The notes below the pieces were generated by a model that did no database searches, was not told where the DNA came from, and saw nothing but the letters and a program-made list of their open reading frames with translations. A program made the position numbers and the translations under genes. DNA of 64,000 nucleotides. It comes from Balanoglossus misakiensis (taxonomy: Eukaryota > Animalia > Hemichordata). Position 1 is the first letter of the stretch, and every line of letters starts with the position of its first letter. Shown in pieces: positions 26,688-38,600 of the stretch. The stretch covers positions 3,910,110 to 3,974,109 of the forward strand of contig CM082584.2 of the NCBI GenBank assembly GCA_040954595.2, read 5' to 3'.

Positions 26688-29600
26688 ATGAGTGAGCAGT
26701 TACCTGGTACGAGCAGAACTGGGTGTTTTCCAAGGACAAGAATCCACCAACCAGGCAACAACACTGATGTGACGACTTTATCAGAGACATCAGACAATAA
26801 TGTTTTACCAGATATGTCTGAAACGGATATTGAAAACAGAAGTCAACGTCAAACTTTTAACAATGATGAGGAAGGCTCTCAGGTACTGTATTTATATTTA
26901 TATTGTCCTTCTTCAAACTCAGTGGTCTAGCTGCATAGTAAGTGTGTAGTTATCCAAGCACATGGGTGATGCAATTTAAGTTCATTATCAGCCTGCATCG
27001 AAATAAATTTTAAAAAAAATATTTACATGGGCTTTAGTCCACGTAGATTAGGTAATTCGATAATGGATTGAGTAGGTGAGTTTAGTCAATTCTGGTAACT
27101 GATTTGGTAATGTTTTTTACTCTGAAAATAACTGTGTCCCTCCAGAAACTGTGTACTGTTAAGTATATGACGTCAACACCATTTGGTAGTTTGTACTACT
27201 GTAGAAAATAGGGACTGTGGCCATGCCTGTTTTGGATCATTCGGTCCATTTCTGTTGAGATTACAGATTCATTATATGCAACTGTTGAGGGCGCTGTTTT
27301 CATCAGTATTTCTTGTGCTCCCTCAATCTGATTAAAATCAGATGTAGGGAACGGCGACTTGGTTTTTTTATGCGACAACATAAAAAAACCAAGTCGCCGT
27401 TCCCTACATCTGATTTTAATCAGATTGGTGCTCCCTGTTTAGATACTAGTCAAAGTACCTGGACCAAAGCTCCTATCTGAAACCTTAGTTTCGGGGAGGA
27501 ACCAACATCTAGGTACAAGACTTGCAACCTCTTGGCCCCTTTGAATGCAGATTAACAAACAATGAAATCTGCCGCATGGACTATCCCCTTCCATAAACGG
27601 GTGGGGCATTTATGAATTCTGGGCTTGATCATGAAGGTGACTAAAGGGGTCAAAATGAAGCAATTGCCTCATCAAATCGGGCTTATAATTCCTTGGCAAA
27701 CCCCTCCCCCCCCCCCCACATTTGTCCTGAATCGCCCGAAGTGGGCTCCCTTGGGGATTAGATATTACATCAACTGCTGCATCAGGGGTCCAGTGTTCTC
27801 CCCAGGAATTTCTGACAGAGTATTGGCTAATTTACATAACAATATTGATAATTGTTATATTAAAGAGTTTCTATTGTTTTCCAAAAATTACAGAGTGTTG
27901 GCCGTGCTCTGAAATTGCTCTGGGGAGAACACTACAAGGGGGTCATATTGCATTGTCTGATTGCTAATGTCACCATACATTGTCAGAATTTAATCAAGCA
28001 AAACTATTATCTGTTAGTCTTGAAAATTTGTAATTTTGCATTTTCATAGATCATTATGAGTGTGATATGGGGTGCAGGCAAAGTTGGACTGGCTTATTAT
28101 GACACTGAGACATGTCATATTCATCTGATGATGGACATTGCAGAATCTGATGATTTTCCAATGACTAGAAGTGGTAAGATTCCTTCATTACATTCATTTC
28201 GTATGTTTTCAGAAATTTTTTTTTGCGTACCTACTGCAGTTTCTTGTTCAAATTCCGGAAACACGATGAAATGCCCAGCATTTAGCTTATCAACATAACA
28301 TATATATGAGTATAGTCAGCATTGTTTTTGTGCAAAATTTGAATTCAAGTCAATAATAACAATGGACTTTATACACATACAGGCTATATTGATGACAAGC
28401 GGGGTACCGAGTATATTAGCATGCTATTTGGACTAGAACAAGAAATTGCATTTGGTTCACAGAACAAAAATACTGAAAATAAAGCCGCAAAAGTTACAAC
28501 TATAAATGTTCCTTAAATATTCTGTGGAAATGTGCTGTTAGGAAGGGAGGGGCCATTCAGGTTTGTTTTTGATTTGTTTGTTGTTGTTGTTGTTGTAGTT
28601 TTTTGGGGGGAAAGGAAAACTCTTTATATGTCTCACTGAGAATAAGTGACAGAAGAAGCACCCACTACTCTAAAATATAATGGGACTCCCACCCCCCTGA
28701 AACTATAAAAATAATAGTGACACCTCCAGGTGGAATTTTCTACATTGCCAAGTTTAATAAAAAATTGTGTTGACAATATTATCTGCAGAAAAGTTAAAAA
28801 AAGCTTGTAAAGGGTGAAGTCTTACTACTATAATATATTAGTTGTTTGTATTTGCCATTTTGTTGGATTGCTGTTCCTTCAATACTCCCTCCTCCCCAGC
28901 AATTTTTGATACTGCAGTTTTCAAAATTATTTATTCCGAAATTAGTTCGGAATGTGTTCCAACTTTTATGGTGACAGGTCATTCTCTACAGGAGCACCAC
29001 GGTTGGAATAAGCTTATTATTATTATCATTATTATTAACTAATTTACTCCCACCATGATGATAGCATTTGATTCTGTGGCCAGAGAGCATTATGGGATAA
29101 ATGTCCTTAATGTATTTGAAAAGGAAATGTCAGATTATTGTATGACAGAAATTTAAACTTCAAATCTGAAACTGCCATCCACTTTCCTCTGACAGACCAA
29201 CTATAACAATATGATTGTCACAATATGTTTATGGCATGTAGCATTTGATCTTGTCTTTCTAATAATAATAATAATATTTAATTCTTAAAAAAACGCTTTC
29301 CATGTCAAAAGACATCCCAAAGCGCTGTACAAAGACAAGTAAAATACTAAAAATGTATAATAAAATAGACAATGGTTAAAAATTGGGATAAAAAGTCAAT
29401 CCCTGAATAAAAACGTTTTAAGGTTTGATTTAAAAACATTGTCTGTCAACCATAAAGGAGACATCCTTTGATTCTTAAAGGGGCAATTTTCAATCCCTGA
29501 CTCTTTTTGATATTGATTGATATTGTACCAGGTTTATGTAGTGCAAAGCTGTTGATTTCCATTGAAATCTTTATCAATCTGTTTGCTTTTAGATCAAGCT

Positions 29601-32600
29601 GACAAAGAAGGTTCCCCTTTAAAATGAGTCTTCAGAAATAACAATTTCAGAGATTTCTAACATAGAATTGTTTTTTTTCCAGTTTCAAAGCAAATCATCC
29701 CAACATGTGTTATTACAAGCAGCAAACAAGATGAAAGAATGTTACATTGTTTGTCTGAAGAAGGTATGTACAAATCTTGATATTAATTGTTTGTTACAAC
29801 TTTTAACTTTATGCTGAATATGTCCATAGTGGTTGAATTTGCCCTCTAGGGCTTCATAAACTACAATGTACTAGTAAATGCATTCTGATTAAAAGGGAAA
29901 AATCACCAAGGTGCTTTTTCACATTATATGGCAGGGACCTCACACCAGGCTGTACATATGAACAATTCATAGTCATATATGATGCTTAAATTGTGGTGAT
30001 CAAAACACTTTACTTGTGATGTTTGTGCTCTCATCTCATGTCTGCCCTTTTATTGATAACATTTAATTTAATTTTACAGTGACTGCTCTTCAAGAATCAA
30101 CTAGTAACTCTGTCGATCTACAAATCTTGCCAAACATTGATTTCTGTGAGTACAATGATTAGAACCCCTAATTTACCTATAATATTTTAAATATAAGCAG
30201 TGTTGAAGGTATACAGTCACATATTTATTTTGAGTTGCAGCTCATAGGGCCTTAAAGGTATACAGTCACCTTAAATTTACATACGTCCATAGATGGCCAT
30301 ATGTCAGAAATGGCGTATTTGAGCGTTCTAAAGAACATATGGTGGCGCTCTTTTCTCGCATGTGCCACCCACTGAAAATCTGTGATTGGCTAGATCTCAA
30401 TTTGCCGTGGTAACTATAGCTAATTTTCCATAGGTGACCGTATATCTTTAATGTAAACTTTAAGAACTTCATGAAAAAAATTATACTTGAAAAGGGCTCC
30501 AAAACATGAATCATGGCAACAATAATTATCATTTATGTAGTGGAATAGTAAATATAATTGTTTTAAAATATTTTGGGTGTATGAAGTCATTCAGATATCT
30601 GTATGTGTTGTTGCATTACTGCAAACTTTAGAGGCCGAAAATAATTGCAAAGACGCATCCCCCATTGTTATGCATTTCTGTGAAATATTAATGTCTCATT
30701 TTGTATTCATCAAAGCCTTGGAAGCTAGCAAGAGGAGAATCATGAATTTAAATCTATCTTGCGTCCCGGATCACTATACTGAAGATCAAAGACTTATTTA
30801 TATGTCTTCATTAGTGCCATTCGAACAAATCAACATGGTAAGATGGTTGGTGAAATAGTCATTGATAGATAAAGAGCATTGTTTTCCCCCTACTTCAACA
30901 GGTGTTTTCATACACAGTATTTCTATTGAGCAAAATCCAACTAGGATCTAGTCATGACTAATAGAATCTCACACTCCCAAGGACCTGGGATCGTATTTCT
31001 CACATGAGTTGGGGATTTTTTGTCCCACACGAACACAGCGGCTCGTGTGGGACAAAATATCCCCGACGAGTATGAGAAATATGATCCCAGGTCCTTGGTG
31101 TGTGAGATTATATTTCTCACACAGTCACAAATTAGCCGAATTCGTTAAAAAACATTGGATAAATGACTCTAGAACCGTCGTCTGGGCATGTTGTAGTCTC
31201 TGTCCCTGTAATACACATCGCGCCATTGGATAACATTTAGTGCGCGTTGGCAAGAGAACGCTTTGTCAACCAATCAGCGCTGACGTCATGTACAGCTTTC
31301 GATTCAGTGAGAGTGTGGGATCGATTTTTTTCCGACTTTGATCCCACACTCCCAGCGTGCCAGGAGTGTGAGAATAAAATAATTCTTACTGGTGAATATA
31401 TTTGGTCCATGTCCACCTTTACTTGAAGTCAGTGCCTTTATAAACGTCATCACCAAAGTCAAAGATAAACTTTGTATGATGACAATGTATTCACTCAAAG
31501 TGAAAGTTCAGAGGACCTATACTGAAATTGCAAAAGTATGGTAAAACATGCACAAATAGTTGTCCAACACGCAAACAAATTGATTGTACCGTAGATGTAA
31601 CTTCATTTCATTATACACTGATTTCTAGTGTTCAAGACAGTAGATGTAAAATAATCATGTATACTGGTGGTAGTAAACAAAAGTTAGATGTCTGTAGGAT
31701 CATACTTTTCCAGCATTAATGTAAGTCATGTGTTATCTAGCATTTTCACATGTATTCATGTTTCAGGTGCGTGCAGCCGGTGGTTTGCTGAAATATTTGG
31801 ATAAGAACAGAATTGGAGTGGAACTTGAAGATCAAAGTGTCAGAGTTCCAGTAATTGGTCTTCAAGTATTCACTTTGTAAGTAGACTTTAGTGATTTTTT
31901 TGCTGCTGTTATTGAAACAAAACATGTAGTGTCTAAAAGGGGCAAAGTTGCTCTCTTTTGATCTTTTTATGCTCCCCTGTCATACTGGGGGGAGGGGGCA
32001 GGGGTTGGGGAGGGGGTATGTACATGTATATGGCTGGGAGGATATTCGTATTAGCCTGTCTGTATTATGTAAGCTTAGGGGAGATCCATTTGATTTCGGG
32101 GGGGGGGGGGGGATTTGGATTTAGTATAGTTTTCATGGTTTAGTATAATATAGTATGGTACAGTACTCTCGCATCTAATACACTATACTACACTAATCTG
32201 TAATAATATATATAAAAAAGGCATCTGACATTCTTACGATCCTTTATAAAAAAAAAACTGTTTATAATATACGCAGCAATATTTCCTAATGCTACTACAT
32301 GGTCACAACCACTTACTTTCATTTGGAGCTAAAGAGCCTTCCCTTTGGCTGTTAATTTTGTGAAGTGCAGCTTTGTTTGATATGAAAAGCTGTCTGTATT
32401 GTTTGACTTCTTGAAACATGCTTAAATACTGGTCAACTGTTTAAAAAACTGTTACAAACTCCACTCTGCCTGTAGACAGACTAGATTAAATGTTCAAAGA
32501 ATGAGTGTTCGATCTATCAAGGTAGTATTAAAGCCCCTATAGCTGCCAACTTTTACATATTTTTCCCACAGTAAAAATCTCTAAAATACTTCAAATATAT

Positions 32601-35600
32601 TCCATCCTCTAAAATCCTCACCTGTATAAAGCCATATTACTTGCATTTGCATCAGTTAGTCATCTCTTGGCGACACATACCACGATAGCTGCGTACTGTT
32701 TGTATGGAGGCTGATTAACAGGTGCGGCACCGTTTTATTACATAGCGTGTTCAAATTGCAACATGCAGTCACAGTCAGGCATCGATAAGATGTTCATGTA
32801 TACCTATCAGTAAGCTTATTTATAGATGAATCAATTTAAGTTGAAAAATAAAATCATGAAAATAATGCAAAAAAGTGGCAGCTCTAGAGGCATTAAGGTG
32901 TGACATACAGCAAGGACTGCAGTAGACAAAGTATACATGGAGTATGTGTGTTGGTTCATCTGTTGAACATTCCAGTTGTAGGGAATAAAGTGTTTGATCT
33001 GGAGTAATTTCAAACACATGGCCATGACTTAATCATGTGTGTGTTTTGGTAGTTATGTTTCTATACTTCATGTCATTGTTGCAATGTTATTGTTGTTGTC
33101 TTTAATCTAGTGAGATAAAAAAAGTTATTGCGATTTTTCATGTTGAATCTTTCAGGAACAAGATGTTAATGGTTGACCACAATACTTACAATGCCTTGCA
33201 GATCTTTCAGAAGGAACTTCATCCATCCATTTATAAATTTGGCAGCAGTGGTTCAAAGGAAGGTTTGAGTTTATATGGTAAGTTATTGTGTGCATGTATT
33301 ATCATTTCATTCGTCAGTCAGTCTCATTATATTGAACACCTATTGCCTGGCCATGAGGGCCATAGCAGCCGTTTATTACCCCCAAGGGGCTGTGAGTTAC
33401 CAGAATCACATGCTATTTCCCGAGGGCGTATATTTTTTTTCTGCTACATGTATTTCCCTAGGGATTCATTCTATTTCCATATCATGTAACGTTTTCTGGC
33501 GAATCACGTCACAGTATTAGCATGAGGTATATTATAAAATCCAATATGGTTGTCAAGGGGCAAATTCATGATCAATTTTCTATGTCTGGAGTGATTACTA
33601 AGATATGCCTTTGGGACCGTCTCAGATTGTCACATAAGCTCAACAAACGAAATAACTATGTTTCATGTCAATTCGTTTAGTGAACTTCACTTTCACACTT
33701 GTTTAGATGACTAAAAACTTCCTTTTATGTTTTTATTAAAGCAAAAACTAGTGGTGTACGAAAGAATCTACCTACCGGTATATCCTGCCTCTCACTTTGG
33801 ATGTTCTCTGTTAATTATTCGATTTGATCAATTTAGTGCGATTTTCTAACAGTACATCATGTGATCAGAGGCAAATGTTACTCAAAATCTATAGCCATTC
33901 TTCAACATTGTAGTTTATTTTGGGTATCAACACTTAATTTTTCACACTTTTGAACTTTTGTTTAAGGGGAAGGGGTTTGGATCCAAACGAATACATTTTG
34001 TTTGTTGAGCTTAGGTGACTCAGACAACCTGAAATGGTCCCTTAGAGATCATTGGCCTTTGGATAAACATCGTGCAATATCATACATTTTTTGTGTCGTG
34101 TCTATTTTACTATCCAAAATATTGTAATGAAACAAAGACCACATAATTATAAACAAGATGGATGCCTCCAATGTCCATACGCCAATGAGAGCCATGTTTA
34201 CAAAAGCCCCTGTCTGACCCTTTCCCTTTAGCGTAGCGCAGCCAGTGGTGGGAATGGGGCAGGGGACCTAGACTACACCACCACCAACACCAACGACAAA
34301 CATTCTGTTTGCTTTCGTTGTGTCACTGTTTCATGACATTGTAATAGACTCGTTCAGTCGCAGGTGCACACATTATCCACACTCAGTAAAGAATATATGC
34401 ATGGCGAACGGGAGGGGAGGGGGGGGGTGTATTATGGGCGTGTCCCTGCCCAATTCTCCCGTTATATGGACCTTCCACACATAGTGCCATGAAGCGTTTA
34501 GGGACTATGGACAGACTGTCCAAAATGTAGAACACGTCCTGCACGCGTGTGACCAACAGATCGTATTGTCTGTGACCTACTTTACACTATTAAATGTATA
34601 CTTTGAACCTTGTTGCACAAAACGTGTTACGCATGCGCTGACTGCATTACCAAGGCTGTAGCGAATACTTCTCCGGATCTGGTACCTGATTGAACAAGGC
34701 ATCATTTGGCAACTAAGGTAAGGTTTCCTAAGTTGTTCATACGTCGATTATTTTGGATGATGGTAGGAAACAATGATAATATCTTTGTGGTCCGTACAAC
34801 CTTGAAAATCCCCTCTTTAAGACGAAAGATCTCTACAATACGTTCCGACTGAAACAAAATTTAACAAAAACACTTCCTGGTTCAGTAAACTTACAACCCA
34901 ACAGTCTAAATGGTTGTATTGTCTTTACAAGGTGAATAGCATTCCACCAAATACGGACTATCACAAAACGTATCTCGACAATTTGATCAGCGACATATTA
35001 TTGTGCAATCAATTTGAAATAATCATATCAAATCAAGAGTAAATACAATTATTTTTTCCGTCCTCGGGAGTGTAGATTTTTGAGGTGTTATACATGAAAA
35101 CAGTGTACATGGATATAGGTTATCCCTGCCTAGCATTTTGACCACACAACTTTGACCACAAACATTTCACAATTCGCCCAAATCACGATATGTCATGAAA
35201 TATGAAAGTGAAAGGACAGTATGTTTACTATACAACTTTTATTTTTTGACTGGACACTTTTTTAAAGAGATGTGAATCTTGCATGGATAAAGTGTTGTGC
35301 ATGCATTTTTTGTCAACCGTTTATCAACATACCTGTCACAAGTTCCAGAAAGAATCGACTCCCTTTAGCCTTAATACCAACGGAAACATTTGTACACATT
35401 CCATAAAACTGACTTTACAGTAAAGAAAACGATTGTGAAATGGCTAAAGTAGTAATGCTTATGATCCGTAGTCTTTTGACCACAAGAATAATAAAAATAA
35501 TTTGTGTACCTCAAAGCTAAAATCCTGTCCTGCACTAATTTTATGCACTTGTTGTTGATTTTTGTGCATTCCTTGATCACCTGAAAAGTCTAAAATTTCA

Positions 35601-38600
35601 CCTCAATGTTTTCGTTCAATAGATCGTAAACCCTAAGACAAGATGGCCACCGCAAACCCCGGGAAATCGTTTTCACAGCAGTTAATGACCGACATCGATG
35701 AGAAGATCTTGATTTGTCCAATCTGTCAAGATCGGATGACTAGACCCAAAATTCTACAGTGCGTGCACACCTTCTGTGAGAAATGTCTCCAAAAATGGGT
35801 CAGACAGAGAGGAGGTACCCTCGAATGTCCGACGTGTCGCTTTGTCACTCCGCTTCCCGAAAAGGGGGTCGAAGGTCTCGGTAATAACCTATTCATCAAC
35901 GATATTATCGACATCTTTGACAAGCTGCAACCAACTGCTCCAGATTCGGTGACCTGTGACCTCTGTGACAAAAATGCCGACAACTGGTGTAAAGAATGTG
36001 CTCAGTTCTTATGTGATGGATGTCGCCTTATTCATCTGAAAACAAGAACCATACAACATCACAGAATTTATACGATGGAAGAGTATAACAACATGGCCGA
36101 GTCTGGTCGGGATCACCTGATTCGTCCACGATTCTGTGCAGTTCATCAGGACAGCCAGCTGGAACTCTTCTGCGACCACTGTCAGAAAACAGTTTGCGTG
36201 AAGTGCGCAATAATCGGTCATAAAGGCGCTGCGCACAACTTGGAATCGCTAGAAGACGCGTCGAAGAAATACACTCCCGAGATGCAAATCCTGGTCGACA
36301 AGTTAGCAACCAAAGTGTCTTCACTCCGCGAAACTCAACAAGAGACAGATAGATTCATCCGAGAATACAACAAAGAGAAGAACAAGGTGCAACAGCAGAT
36401 CAGACAGAAAGCATCTGATGTCATCAAACGAGTTCACAAAGAAGAACAGCGATTGCTGGATGAAGTGACGGCAATTGATGGAAAGATCATGAAGGAAGTG
36501 CAGGCAAAGGTCGAAAAACTGGAGTTTGATCTCGGCTGTGCCGAAAACATGAATGTCTACTCGCGAAGTCTGCTGCAACACGGCAATGCAGCTGATATAC
36601 TTTCCCAGAAGAAAGAACTGATGCAGAGATTGAATGAAATCATAAATGACCGTTCAACAGACCGATACGTCCCCCCACAAAACAGCCATCTTGTTTTTCA
36701 AGAGAACAGCCAGTGCATGCAACTTTCTCTTGGAGAAGTAATCGACCAATCAGAAGTGACACATGCTGCACGTGTCAGCCAATCAGTTGATCGACAGATA
36801 CTACAACAGCAACCTGAGGCAACGACTGAGAAATCTGTGATTAAAAGAGAAATGACCGACCAATCCGGGGTGTCAAGTATGTCACGTGTCAGCCAACCAA
36901 CTGTCGAGAGGAAACAACAAAGACCTAAGACTCTGGCCCAGAAGACTTCTGCTCCTGGAGTTGTTACTGGTAATATGCCAACGGGAACTATGAACGTCAG
37001 TGATGGATATTGGATTATTATTACATACACGTTTGCAGATGGAATACAAGGAGTAAGTAGTACAATGAAAACGGTTTGAGCTGCACAGAAGGAATGTACT
37101 GACTATCGATTTGTTTATCAACATAGTCAAAAGAAAACACGCTTTTCGCATTCAAGGTTAGACTTGCTCCAAGTCTATAGGCTTAAATTTCAGCAAAATT
37201 TGTTCCGATTTAATATAGCGTGTGTGGAGTGAACGCATTAAGTTGTGGCATCGCGATTGTGATGAACAGTAACCGAAACTCAGTACCGGAATTCAACCAA
37301 GGCAAACAAACGTATGAAGGGTAATGAGTAAAATTAAGAAACGGGGAACACCTGAATGAGTTAAGCGAATAGTGGGCTAGTCTAATTCAAGGTGAAGATG
37401 AAAATCCGTGACTAGACCACAATGCATGCTTTAGTGATAAGAATGTATCACCCTAAACAATCAGTTATGAACTGTAACAATGACAAAAATCACTGGTCTG
37501 TACATTTCTTCTGTGCATCTCAAACACCCTTTTTACCGTTGTCGTTGTATATGTTTGAAGTAATGGTTTGGCTAAATGCGTTGCATGCAGTCCCGGCTTC
37601 TCTGTTTAAGTAAATTTTGAACTGTTCCTGGCTTGTCAATATCAATGTCAATATGGGGTATGATATAGAGGGCTGAAAAGTGGTCATGTTTAGTTCCTAA
37701 GTCTCGCTGTTTCATTCACGCACACACGAACACTTATCGGCTATTATATCGACTTAGTTCACTTCTTCGCAAATAACATTATTTATTTTTTTTGTCAAAC
37801 TTGGTATGCTAACAACAGAGATTCGTGTGTCAATACAAATTATTCACGCTACATGAATAAGTGTATCGGAAATGTTTCCTTAATGTCATCATAAACCTGA
37901 AAGTTTTGACAGAAAAAGACAGCCAGCCCATCTTGACTTGATGGCCGAAATCGCACAGAAAACGCTACAATCCATGTGTGGCTACACTTCATTGTTAGTG
38001 ATGTTTTCGACTGTCACGTGCACATTTTGATGATCAAAATGAAAGGAAACAGTCACCTCCCAAAATTGAACCTTCATGATTTCACCTTTTGTGGAAGGAA
38101 TCAGATCATAATTGATATGAATATTTATTCTCCACAGAATCCTATATTTATTTTTAAAAGTTCAGTTAAACACGCATCAAACATGAATGATAACGCAACG
38201 ATTGGTGGGGAACTTACCAAAGCCACACGTCTTTCTCACTTTTCAAAATGTGAAATGTTGACGAGCGCGAGTTGTTAAAAATCTGCCGAAGCGCCCTCAA
38301 CGGCTGTACGTAAAAGTGTGTGTCTGCCAAGAGAGTAACAAACTCCGTGATCAAGGAAACATGGGTTTATATCTTTCAAATTATTCCCTCAGTAAATTTT
38401 CCGTCAGATTCCAGTGTGGTAAACAATTATTTATATTTATTACACCTGATATGACATAAATCAGGACAACGTCATACAATGCTTCACAAGACTTGAATTA
38501 TTATTTTAATTTTATTATTTTGTTTATTTTATCAACTCAAAAATAACTAAATACATATAAATTTGTAAATAGTTTTTTTTATAATCAGCCAAATTTTATT

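Noticed and set aside
35627-35635. AAACCCTAA telomere-like/telo-box motif before the TRIM ATG
   Set aside because: Single short occurrence, expected by chance.
35726-37151. Antisense ORFs over the TRIM exon and the many 60-110 aa intronic ORFs
   Set aside because: Shadow frames or AT-rich/TE-derived sequence with no recognisable domains, often disrupted between paralogous units.
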